A stretch of 64,000 bases of DNA, from the NCBI RefSeq assembly GCF_009914755.1, contig NC_060939.1. One strand, written 5' to 3'. Source of the stretch: the human T2T-CHM13v2.0 reference genome, Homo sapiens. The notes below the pieces were generated by a model that saw only the letters and a list, made by a program, of their open reading frames with translations, was not told the DNA's origin and did no database searches. The translations under genes were made by a program, and so were the position numbers. This document shows, one piece after another, positions 1 to 11,876 of this stretch. How positions within the stretch are numbered: position 1 is the stretch's first letter; each line of letters starts with the position of its first letter.

Positions 1-2349
1 TCAGGGGTACCCCACAGCCCAACCTGGGAAACCTCACAGCCGGCACAGAAATCATAAAGCACACAGCAATGGCACCCCACCAGTACGCAGGGTTCCACAT
101 AGAGAGCCTGGCTGCATGATCTTGAGGTCACCTAACTCCCGGGCCTCCCTTGTGTGTCTGGACAGGGAGAGAGGGGAGGATTGGCTTCAGGAGAGGTGAG
201 AAACGACAGTGCCCATGACAGCTGACTCAGCCTGTGCCAGCAGGCTGCTCTGAGACATGAGCTGGACCCAACCCAGGCGGTGGGCGGCAGGGGGGTGGGG
301 AGGAACTCTGGGAAAGGAAGGAGCCAGAGAAGTCTCCCTGTGGGCGCTCGGGCCAACCACCACCCAAGGGAACAATGAGCACCCCCAGCCCCCGATGGGC
401 ACACAGGCTGCCTCCTGGTGAGCAAGCGTCTCAAACCTGACCTACATCCGGGAGGCCTGCCTGGTCACCAGGGACTACCTTACACCCTACCTGTGCCTCC
501 ACGTCCCCAGTGCTCACGGCCACCTGGCAAGGGTGAGGAACTGAGACTGCGTTGAGGACACACAGCCTGTGAGTGGTACAGCCAGGGCCGCTGCCCAGGC
601 CCAGAGCTCTCTCCGTTTCTCTAAGGACCAGGCTGCAAGGCAGGGCATGTGATCTCTGCCGAAGACATTCAAGCCACCCAGTGATGTGTGCTGGGCCTCG
701 ATCCCCACCGACCGCCAGTCCTCTCCTCCCCTGGACAGTAAAGGTTTCTCCAAGACTTCAGACGACGGTGTCACCTGAGGCCCTCACCTATTAAGTCACC
801 GGGGCAGGTATGCATGGCAGAGGACACGGAGGAGTGCCGGAGAGGAGCTGAGGCCTGGAGGGGGCCTCTGCAGCCAGGCTCAACCCCCACTCTCCCCACT
901 CCAACAGCCCTCACTGCAGCCACCGCGGCCCAATCCAAACAAAGCCCAGCCTGATGCCAATCTCACCATCAACTGTTTTTCCTCTGACTTCCTCAGTTTT
1001 GTCTAGGAAAAATCAAAGTGTCTTATCCCATCTCTAAGCTTCCAGGGGTGTGATCAGTGTCTTTTACAATTACCTTTTACTTTTATCCAGCATTTCTTAG
1101 CTCGGTTGGCAAACTGGATATTTATGCACCTGCATTTCACAATCCATCTCCACCGATTATTCCTGTAAAACATTTTTTTTTTTAAAGTTTAGAGTTACTT
1201 AAGAAGGTTATGTAAACAAGTTAACCAGCAAGCCACAACTTGGGTCTGCGGTGTCAGAGAAAACATGCAAGGTGCAAGAGAATGAGGAGCTGATGGTCAC
1301 CAGCTTTACCTCCTTCCAGCACCCACTCCTGCTCACACACACTCACACCCCGTGGGACTCAGCCTGCAGCTTCTCCCAGCCCAAGAGCCAGACAGTGGGG
1401 AGGAGCACAGACCACACTTCCTAACAAATGAGAGGGAAGACTTGGTGCCCCATTGCTACTGCCATCACCCAGTCCCAGCCCAGAGAGGGAGCCCACTCCA
1501 AGGGCCCCCCTGCCAGTACTGCTAGAGCCCACCGAGGGCTGCCAGCACACAGCTACGAGCTCCAGCTTTATCTACTCACGCCCTGGACACTGCCCGGAGC
1601 CCCAGCAGGTTCCACGTGTCCTTGTCACCCCAGCCCTCCTGCCCCGCGGATCCTAAGCTCAGGAGACCCTCTCCAGCCCAGGCTGTGGGGGAAGGCAGCC
1701 CCCACGGTCACCCAGGAATCAGCGCAGAGTGCAGGGCATCCTGGACTCCCCGGACTGGGAAACCCAGTTCCTGTCCCCCTGCGTAGTGGCCACACCTCTG
1801 GGAGGGGAGAAACCCCTGCCTCACCTCACTGGAGGGACCCTGACCCAGAGGCCTGAGAAAAAGCCACCGGCAGGCTCCTGGCACCTGCCAACCTGCACCT
1901 TAGGAAAACTTGTCCCACTTCAACCTGCAAAGCTCTCAGGTCATTACTTCTAAAACCACTGTCCTTTCTGAAACAGGAAGGAAAATAGAAAAACAAACAA
2001 AAACAAAGAGGCACAGAAGGCTGAAGACGCCAGAGGCAGTTTAGCCCAAAAACAAAGTGCCAGACACAAGATGCCAAGTTTGGGGCGCTTCCTCCACCGC
2101 ATGCCTGTTTAGGAGCTGACTGCACTCAACCACAGATTTACGTCTGGTGCCTGCCAGGTCGTTATCTGAAGAGATCTGAAAAAGTAAGCCTTTCTTCTGC
2201 CAGTAAATACTAAGTTAAGACTAGCAGGCCCCTCTAAGGCTCTGCTCTCCACTGGGGTGCTGCAGGACAGGCCCCTCCGCGGGCGTTCCCCGCACCCTCC
2301 CTCCGCGTCGGCCCGGAGAAAAGGAAGTTCGCCCCTAGCCTGGGCTTAC

Positions 2350-2477
2350 CAAGGCCCGCCGCCCGACCCATGGAGCCCTGCTTGGGGACCGGGGGCCTCG
2401 ATGTTCTCCTTCACCATCTGCGGCCAGATCTCCCTCCAGCAGCCTTGCCAGGCAGTGCCTGGCGTGGAGAAGGGGCC
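2350..2477 (-). other. Putative exon 2 (128 nt)
   Basis: Minus-strand acceptor CTCTGCAG| (AG at 2479-2478) and donor TTG|GTAAGC (GT at 2349-2348). Confidence 0.5.
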
Positions 2478-3088
2478 CTGCAGAGGCGCAGGTCCGCGCC
2501 GTGCCCCCAACCCGGCGCCTGCAGCCCAGGGGCAACAAGGTGTGGGGTTTTTGAGTTTTTCTCTCTGGGCCTTATTATACAGGGAAAGGGAAGGGCCGAA
2601 GATCCGGGCTCGAGTTCTCCCAGGGAAGTGAACCCAGAGGCGATCCCAAACTCAGTAGTTGCCGCCCAGCACGGGGACTTGATGCCGGCGCCAAGCCGGG
2701 CAGCGGAACGCACCAGCGGCCCGACCAGCCCGGCGAGACGCGAGCGGGCGGCCCCGCCAGACAGCGCCACTTGCCGGCGCCGAGAGTGGCCCCTCGCCGC
2801 GGTGAGCCCCTCCCGGGATGCGAAAGCCATCGCCTAGTCCCCGCCGCACCCGCCCGCCCATCGTGGGAGGAGGATGGGCCGGTCCGAGAGGCGTAAGGCC
2901 GCCGGGCTGCACCCCTAGATCCCAGCGGCGGCCTCCCCGCAGCCCCGCCGAGTCCGGGGGGCAGCGCTCGGGAGCTCTTGGCCCGCAGCTTACGCGCCGC
3001 CCCCCACGCGTCCGGGTCCCCGCGGCGCCGCGGGCGGCCCAAGGCTGCCGCCGCCAGCGAGTCAGGCAGCCGAGGTTCCCCAGCTTAC

Positions 3089-3520
3089 CTGGCCAGGGCG
3101 CGGGGCTGCCCCGGTCCGCCGCCGTCCTCGCCGCGCCGCCGTCCTCGCCGCGCCGCCGTCCTCGCCGCGCCGCCGTCCTCGCCGCGCCGCCGTCCTCGCC
3201 GCGCCGCCGTCCTCGCCGCGCCGCCGTCCTCGCCGCGCCGCCGTCCTCGCCGCGCCGCCGTCCTCGCCGCGCCGCCGTCCTCGCCGCGCCGCCGTCCTCG
3301 CCGCGCCGCCGTCCTCGCCGCGCCGCCGTCCTCGCCGCGCCGCCGTCCTCGCCGCGCCGCCGTCCTCGCCGCGCCGCCGTCCTCGCCGCGCCGCCGTCCT
3401 CGCCGCGCCGCTGCCGGGTCTCTCCCGGGGGCTGAGCTCCCGCAGAGCTCGCGCCTAGCCGCACACCTCGACTGCTGATTAGCCCGACAGCTGAATAGCG
3501 GCGGGAGCCTACCGCGAGCG
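3089..3520 (-). other. GOLGA8A: Putative non-coding exon 1 (5'UTR) of a GOLGA8A/B-type transcript; TSS approximate
   Basis: Minus-strand donor CAG|GTAAGC (GT at 3088-3087) inside the CpG island, downstream of the promoter motifs. The gene name is inferred from recalled 15q14 synteny and could equally be GOLGA8B. Confidence 0.55.
3118..3406. repeat. GC-rich minisatellite, 17 perfect copies of GCCGCCGTCCTCGCCGC
   Basis: Counted directly: 289 bp = 17 x 17 bp with no variant units. Confidence 0.98.
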
Positions 3521-3569
3521 GAGTACGGAAAGCCCGCAGGGCCGCGCCACATGGCGCACGCGCACTGAG

Positions 3570-3635
3570 CTGCATACCTAGGTGACAAACGTGCACGTTT
3601 TGCACGTGTATCCCAGAACTTAAAGCATGACAAAA
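3570..3635 (+). mobile_element. L1PA extreme 3'-end remnant
   Basis: ATACCTAGGTGACAAACGTGCACGTTTTGCACGTGTATCCCAGAACTTAAAG resembles the L1PA terminus (compare 53880-53940). Confidence 0.8.
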
Positions 3636-4531
3636 TTTTTTTTTAAAAAACCCTGATGCCATTATTAGGAACAATTTGAATAGATCAGTCACAACCTATA
3701 TGCTGGCTTCTGGTGTCTCAATTTGTCCTGGGAAAACTGTTGTAAAGCAATAGTATGTCAGTCCTTATATACTTATCCATCTCCAATCTGGAAAGACAAG
3801 GCTTATATGTTTCCTTTTTAGTCCCCTAATTTCTCTTTATGACACAAATCCAGTTGGCAGTATTAAAGATGGGGCTGATTCTCCTTTACTTATCTGGAAT
3901 ATGCTACCATTCCAGATAAGTAATAGTAAAATGGCCATTTCCTCTTGCTAATCAAATGTCGTTTTTGAACACAAAAGCCACTGGGTTTGGAGTATGAAAC
4001 ATAAACATAAAACATATCATACACTATCTGTGACGTTTTCATAAACTCACATGATCCTTTTATATTTTTCTCTTATATAAAACGAAATACTTTCCATTAA
4101 AAATTGAGATATTTAAATGAGAAAATGCTTGCCAATGTTATTAAAATATAAAATTTTATTATTTATTCAAAGAAAATGGTCACTTTTGGTTTGTGCTAAA
4201 AAATAACAGTAACAGTAGAAGCCTGCTTTAAAATATTTTAAGTGTGCGATATCATATTACTTCTCATTTACTCTTTGCGTTTCTAGAGAGCCAAGTTTAT
4301 TTTTTTCTCAATTCAGTTTAAAATCAGAGGGAACAAAATTTGAAACGTGACATAATATCAAGGTTAACATGCTAGCTATGTAATAACTGTAAAATTTGGC
4401 CACAAATGCATTTGCTTTGAGAAAAATGATCATGTGAAATTCCTAAATATTTGGGCCATATGGAAGATGATATCAGAAGAATAATATATTCTCTGTATGT
4501 CAAAGGAGGAGGATAATAAAAACCGTAGTTA

Positions 4532-4602
4532 TTAGGTTAGTACAAAAACAATTACAGTATTCGCCATTGCCAAAAATTGCAATTGCTTTTGCACCAAGGT
4601 AG
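4532..4602. mobile_element. MADE1 (non-autonomous Hsmar1 mariner MITE)
   Basis: Degenerate inverted termini TTAGGTTAGTACAAAA...TTTTGCACCAAGGTA, about 70 bp. Confidence 0.75.
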
Positions 4603-4640
4603 TAATAAAAGTATGGTTGAGTTTCTGTAGAATTCCGGCA

Positions 4641-4971
4641 AAGGATGAGCATCCTTAATCTGAAATCCAAAACTCTCCCAAATTCGAAATTTTTTGGGTG
4701 CCCATATGATGCCTCAAGTACAAAATTCTACACCTGACCTCATGCAATGTATCATAGCCAAAGCACAGGTACACAACACATAGTTTATTCAGTGCTTTCA
4801 AGAGAAAATTAAAATTAACATGAGGCTACATGTAAATAAATTTTGTGTTTAGACTTGGGTCCCATCCCAAGATCTCTCATTATGTATATGCAAATACTCC
4901 AAAATTCAAAAAAATTCACAATTTTGGATTTTTCAGGTCCCAAGCATTTTGATTAAGAGATACTCAACCTG
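4641..4971 (+). mobile_element. Tigger4b (Zombi) DNA transposon
   Basis: Termini AGGATGAGCATCC...GATACTCAACCTG and internal TTTAGACTTGGGTCCCATCCC. Confidence 0.8.
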
Positions 4972-5600
4972 TCCCTGTTTGGAAGCAGTTCCCTCTAGAT
5001 AGATTAAACTGGCCTAACAAAAGGTAGTATCTGTTGCTGGAGTTGAGAAAGAATAAATATTTACATACAAAAGTGAGGGCAAAAGAAGACTACAAAAACA
5101 TTCTTATTGAAATTAAATAAAATTATGCCCTTTTCTCTGTGTAGCTCTTTGGCCAGTTTGAACAATGAATACCAAGAGCCAATGACTGAATTCTAATTAT
5201 ATATTTGGTGATTATGCTCAGACAGACTTGAAGAGAGAAATTTCATAAGCATCATTTTGGCATTTGATTTTCTAATAACAGAGCATCTCAAAATATTTTT
5301 ATTCTTCATAATTCCCAGAATTTTTTTTTTTTGGTAAATCTTGCATATGACTCCAACGTGCAAGTTATTTGTAACACTACCAATAACTTTTCTATTCTTT
5401 TGGAGGAGAAAATATTCCATATATATATATGTATATATGTACACACACACTACATATATAGTTTATATATTCCGATTCTGCCCTATTAATCTATAAATGT
5501 ATGCACGAAGAAAATATGTAATTACTGGGACTGTAAACTATATTTATATCAGATAAAATAGATAAATAATTCTATTAGTTTTATTTTTCAAATATATCTG

Positions 5601-5897
5601 TGTATTAGGCCGTTTCCTTACAGCTGATAAAGACATACCTGAGACTGGACAATTTACAAAAGAAAGAGGTTTAGTTGGACTCACAGTTCCACGTGGCTGG
5701 GAAGGCCTCACAATCATGGCGAAAGGCAAGGAGGAGCAAGTCACATTTTACGTGGATGGCAGCAGACAAAGAGCTTATGCAGAGAAACCTCCAGTTGTAA
5801 AAACCATCAGATCTCGTTGATGAGATGAGAGCATGTGGGAATGTGGGAGTTACAATTCAAGGTGAGATTTGGGTGGAGACACAGCTAAATCATATCA
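5601..5897 (-). mobile_element. THE1 (A/B-like) solo MaLR LTR with an internal deletion
   Basis: TGTATTAG...GCTGATAAAGACATACCTGAGACTGG...CATATCA termini. Confidence 0.9.
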
Positions 5898-6644
5898 ATC
5901 CATTTCCTGAAATTTGCTCTGTGATAAAAAGTTAAGAGTCAGATTATCTGAGTCAAAAAAAGATATAAACTGGCATTTTAGCTTAACTAGTTATAAAAGT
6001 ATAGGTTAATTTAAGAAAAGCTGAGGGTTTTAAAAGAATATTTAGTTTTATGCATAGAAAAAAGGTATAAAAGTAAAAACCTGCTGCTCATTTGGGTATT
6101 AAAGGTATAAGTGTTAAGTATAAATGTTATATTTTCTAATTGGCTAGTAATTTATGTACTTTTATTTACATCTTTTTGTGTATTAATTTTTCCCAAAACA
6201 TACTGAAAGTTTTTGTTTTAATACTTTTCTATTGATCTTCACAATTTTCAACTTCTTCAATCCAAATTTATCGATTAGTAATGATGTTGCTTTTTTCTTT
6301 TTAAAGTTTTTACCTATTATGTTTTCTGCCATATTAATCAGTATTTTAAAAAATTACTAATGGCTGTAATAGGAGACACACACAATTTGTTAATGAGAAT
6401 GCATCAAGTTTCTCACCATTAAGCATAATGTTTATCTGTCTTCATACAGCCATATATGTTTTATATATGTGTGCACGTGTTCCCTTGTGTACGTGGGTTG
6501 CATATGTGTGTGTAGTTATTATGTTAAGACATACCATATCCTTTATTAAACTCATTGAAATTAAGAAATGTTAATATATTCAGATGCATTTTGGTATCTT
6601 TGGAGATAATACTGTGATATTTATTTAGTAATATGATATGATGA

Positions 6645-6996
<352 letters not shown>

Positions 6997-7409
6997 GGAC
7001 TATCATTTTTAATAGAACGCTCAATTCAGTTTGCTAATATTTTATTTGGTGCTTTTGGGCATACATTTTCAGGTTTTTAATTGGAATTGCAATGTCATGC
7101 TGACTTCATAAACATAATTCCAAGATTGCCTTTCTCTTCAAATGTTCTGAAACATTTTAATTATCAAGGGAATTATCTGTTCCTGAAGTTTGGATAGATA
7201 TTACTCAAAATACTGGTGAACCCTGGTATCTATTACTGGAATAGGGGAAGTGATGAGAATAAAAAGCTGAGGCCTTTTGTATCTTGGTGATATTCTCTTT
7301 TTATTTATTTTGTCTTTATTCAGTAATCTGCTTTGATATCCTGAATCAGTATTTCCTTAGGTGGAGAGAGTTTTCTTATATTGAATATTAGATTCTTTCT
7401 CCAATTTTA

Positions 7410-7510
7410 CTTTTAGAACTATAGTTACCATTCTGTACTTAGATCTCCACAACTTATTCATCCTGCCTAACTGAAATTTTGTACACTTTGACAAATATCT
7501 CTTCATTTTT
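7410..7510 (-). mobile_element. L1MA 3'-end fragment
   Basis: ACTATAGTTACCATTCTGTAC...AACTTATTCATCCTGCCTAACTGAAA. Confidence 0.6.
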
Positions 7511-8031
7511 TCTTAGCTCCTCATTTATTCTCTTTTTCTATTTTCTAGAAACACTGATTTTTACTTGGGGTATATATTTTTATCCCCCCATATATATCCT
7601 TTTCTTATCTCTTATTGTCTCTTTGTCCCTTTCCCTTGGATCCTAAGGAAGACTCCTATGTTTTCATTGACATCATTTAGTGTTCTATAGCTTTAATTCT
7701 TTTCTTCATTCGTTCTAATGCAGCCTCTAGTGTTCCTTTAATATTTTAAGTTTCCTTACAATGCTACCTTCACTCGGTTCTCTTTTTCTTGCCCTGTAAT
7801 TGGCCAGAAAAAATATTTGCTGTATTTTATATTTTATATCATGTTTTTTCATTTTAAAATACTTTACAGTTACATATTTTAAAATATCTTACTCAAATAT
7901 TTTAATATATTTTAACACAATGTTTTATCTGAAATATACATTTATATTTCTTGTAATTATTTTATTCACAAACCTTTTATCTGATGTTTTGTTTTATCAC
8001 ATTGTTAAACATTTCTGAAATTATCATGTAC

Positions 8032-8037
<6 letters not shown>

Positions 8038-8068
<31 letters not shown>
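8038..8068. repeat. (TA)n microsatellite
   Basis: Direct reading. Confidence 0.9.
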
Positions 8069-8075
<7 letters not shown>

Positions 8076-8165
8076 CTTATCATTAAATAAGGCAGGATCT
8101 ACACATTGTTTTGATATCCCATAAACAGAGTATACAAGTGTATCTTGGTTCCCTCTCTATCCATC

Positions 8166-8490
8166 TGTCTCAGCTCATTTTATGCTGCTATAACAGAATA
8201 CCACAGACTGGGTAATTAATTTACAAAACAGAAATGTATCGGCTCATATTTCTGACAAATTCAGAAGACTAAGAGCATGGCACCAGCATGTAGAGAGGGC
8301 TTTCTTACTTCTTCATCTTATTTCTTCATGTTATGGAAGGCAAAATATGAAAAGATGAAAAGTGACAATGTACAAACCGTGTATGTATGTGTGTATGTAC
8401 CTAAAGGTCCCACTTCTCACCACTGTAGCATTGGTGACTGATTAAGTTCCTAATACATGAACTTTGGGGGACACATTCAAACTATAACCC
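8166..8490 (-). mobile_element. MST-family (MSTC/D-like) MaLR LTR
   Basis: GCTGCTATAACAGAATACCACAGACTGGGTAAT...GGGGACACATTCAAACTATA. Confidence 0.75.
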
Positions 8491-9559
8491 CATCTGATTA
8501 TTCGTAGAGTTCTCAACAGATCTCAGGCAGAAGGCTTTTTGATAGGTCCAGCCCTTTATCAATTGTAGATAATTAGAAGTGATACACATCTTTACCAGGC
8601 TTCACGCCTTCCTTCTGCCAAGCTTACATTCCTAAACATAAAGCACATCCACATTCACTTGAATTTTTCACCTATATTGAACTTCTTGGAATTCGAGGCC
8701 TCAAATCAATGCAGAATAAAAGGAGATAACGGTAAATTTGAAGAATTAAATGATCATGACCATTTTTAAGTCAGGTCTTTCGCAATGACCGTGGTCAATA
8801 ATGGCCAAGACAAATGGAGATGAATTATACATAGAATGAATACATTAAAATGTCATCTACTTTTCTTTCTCCAGAAGGATTCACTGTTCTATGTGCGCCT
8901 CTCATCTGCCTTTTTATTAATTAACCTTTCTACTGAAGTCTGGACGATCTCCAACCAGTATTCCTAGTTTGTGGTATTGTAGAAATATATTTTTGTGTTT
9001 TAACGAGTCAACAAAGCATTTGTAAGAAATCATCATAAAAATCTATTAAGCATTCATTTTGCATCAAACATTTATTGCGTAAAATAAGCAGATACAATGA
9101 AAATTCTTCTTGATGGTGGAAAGGTATCACTGTAAAAAATCATTATCATCTTGGGTTGCAATACAGCAGTAAACACAGAGATTTTGATATATGTAGGACC
9201 TATATTGCTGAGCTTAGCTATGCTCTCTGTATTTTGTTTCTTTGCCTTTCTTGTCAAGTTGTCAGCAATCACTTCACACTACTGAAAATATAATTAATTG
9301 CCTTTAGCAGTTCCCTCCCTGCTTCTAACCTTATACTTTGAAGCAGAAGCAGAAAATTACTTTGGCTGAGAGTCAGAGCTAACCTGAACGTTGTATTAAG
9401 TGGAGGCCAAAAGTTTCTGAAAATGTACTGGGGGCTTTATTCATGGATGAAAGGGTATAAAACCTTTGTTTTATTGATCTGCACTTCCTAATTTTTATAC
9501 TTACAACCATTGTCCAAAATTTTATATATTGCTTCAGATGTCTTGTATTCCACACCAAT

Positions 9560-10070
9560 GGAAGGTACCGCGTCTTATTCATCCTTCACCTCCAAGTTCC
9601 TACCAAAATGCCTGACATATGATAGGTACTTACTGAAAATTGAATGGAACCAACTTACTGATTATCTATTCTCCCTTGGATATCTCACATGCATCTGAAA
9701 CTTAGTATGTGGGAAACTGAGCTCATTTTCCTTCTTCCATGCTCAACATTGTCTTTTCCCTCCTGTGTTTCCTATTTTGATGAATAGCCCATATTCTCAA
9801 CCAATTACCTAGGCCAAGAGCCTTGGAGCCAACCTTTCTCTTTTCCCCTCACTACTCACAACTAATTGATAACCAACTGTTGTCTACCCCCTGCCCCCCA
9901 CAAAAAACAGCAGATTAATCCATGACCTCCTCTCCACTCTCACTGCACTGTCTTGGTCACAGCCGTCACAATTCTTCGTCTGGAATGTAATATCTCCTAA
10001 TAGTCCTATCCATTCCAATTCACTTTCCAGATTCCTGACAAAAATAATTTTTCTGAAGAGAAATCTGATC
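9560..10070 (+). mobile_element. L2 fragments
   Basis: Degenerate L2 3' motifs (CTTGGATATCTCACATGCATCTGAAACTTAG). Confidence 0.5.
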
Positions 10071-10089
10071 ATTAAATTTAGCTGATTGA

Positions 10090-11050
10090 TTGCAAAATTA
10101 AGTTCTCCATGTTAGAGATGAGAGTTTGGGAAAAAGAAGGCAGCAAGAATTCACAAAGAAGAATAACAGAGATCAGAAAACTATCCACAGAGACAGCTTC
10201 AGAGATTTTCAGGGGATGTGCAGATTTATTGAATCTTCCAATTAATACTGATCAACACAAGTATGTGAGGAAATGGTCAAGGCCAGGGTACAAACCACTA
10301 GAAAGGGAAGGCAAAAAAGTCTCCAGAATTCACATAAGGTCATAAGTAGTTTGTGTTTCCATTAGCCAGGGTAGAAAATCCTCGAATCAGTTAGAGTACT
10401 CAGAAGGATATTGTCTCACTAATGTGGAAACAATTCTATCTAGACTGAAAGGTGCTCTGGTTCTACCAAGCAAAGCTTAAAAGCAAACTTCAACACAAGC
10501 AAATTATTCCTAAGTAATTTAACTGCATCCCAGAATAAAGCTTAACTATTCAGCACAAAATAAGGTAGAATTCACTATGTCCAGCATTCGATAAGAATAT
10601 ATCAGGCATAGAAATAGGCAGAAAAATGATACATATTGAAGAGAAAAAAATCAATCAAGAGAAACAGACCCACAATGACACAGTTGCTAAAATTAGTAGA
10701 TAATGACATTAAAACAGGTATCTATGTTTGAAAAGGTAGAGGAAAGCATCAAATGAGAGACATGAAAGAGAGAGCAAAATGTGAAATCATCTTCTCGGGA
10801 TTAATCAAACAAACATGGAAACAATGTCTTAGATGAAAACTATACTGGATGAAATCAAAAGCAGATTATCAATTGCAGTAAAAAAACAGTGAATGTAATT
10901 GTTTAACAATAGAAAGTATCTGAAATGAAAAATAAAAATGGGAAGAGAACATCAGTGGGATAACTTCAGTGGCCTATGATAAGGGTAACTGGATTCCCCA
11001 AAGGATAGGAGGGAAAAAAGTTTTCAGGAAATAATGTATGAAAGAATAGT
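10090..11050 (+). mobile_element. Old L1M 5'/ORF1-region fragment
   Basis: A-rich degenerate L1M-like sequence, recognised by eye. Confidence 0.45.
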
Positions 11051-11564
11051 TACTGAAAACAATTACATTTAATAAATTGAGCTCTCCTCAGCCTAATGAG
11101 TGTCAAAAGTCTCTTCTTTTCTTGGACTTTCTGCTGACCTGAACACTGCTTTGAGACAAGTCTACATGAAAAAAAAAATGAGGCAAAGGTAAAGAAAAGG
11201 AAACCTTCTCTTGGTCAATCAGATGAGATGGCTGAAAAGAATGCCAAATCCTCACCACAAGTGATGGAGTGAATGGTCACCTTGGTCCAGAGTGAGAAGA
11301 CTGTGAGCCTCAGGATGGTTCTAACACAGGATTACCCACTCACCTGGCTGCAGTCCCTGTAATTCAGACCCATCTTTAGGGCTTTTCCTCGGATCCACGA
11401 GTCAGCTTCCTGTTTTCTCTTATACTCCTCCTGTCTCGGATCTTCTTAGTCTCTCTCTAAGCTCTACAGAAGTGTCTTCTTTGTTGTTTCCTTATATACT
11501 TTATACCTACCTATGAATTACCATCCCCTGAATGTTATGGCTTCTACGAAAGATAATGCAATAA

Positions 11565-11876
<312 letters not shown>

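Larger units (their letters stand above)
2270..3570. promoter_or_regulatory. CpG island / promoter of a minus-strand transcript (probably the GOLGA8A or GOLGA8B distal promoter)
   Basis: Very high GC and CpG density. YY1-like CATGGCG and NRF1-like GCGCACGCGCA at ~3550-3564, CACGTG at 3603-3608. Minus-strand splice donors lie downstream. Locus identity is recalled from the HNRNPL/FSCN1 pseudogene neighbourhood, not aligned. Confidence 0.85.

Noticed and set aside
1-2270. Short ORFs as possible golgin coding exons
   Set aside because: No coiled-coil or golgin-like peptide; the region looks intronic.
3118-3406. Regular repeat array resembling a CRISPR
   Set aside because: No spacers, purely tandem units, and a eukaryotic context.
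3118-3406. Identity with the disease-linked GOLGA8A repeat expansion
   Set aside because: As I recall, that repeat is CT-rich and intronic. This motif differs, and I see no such tract in the window.
2575-3692. Long ORFs (155-346 aa) over the CpG island as genes
   Set aside because: They are a by-product of GC richness and the stop-free VNTR. Several start in the L1 remnant upstream of the likely TSS or run through splice donors.
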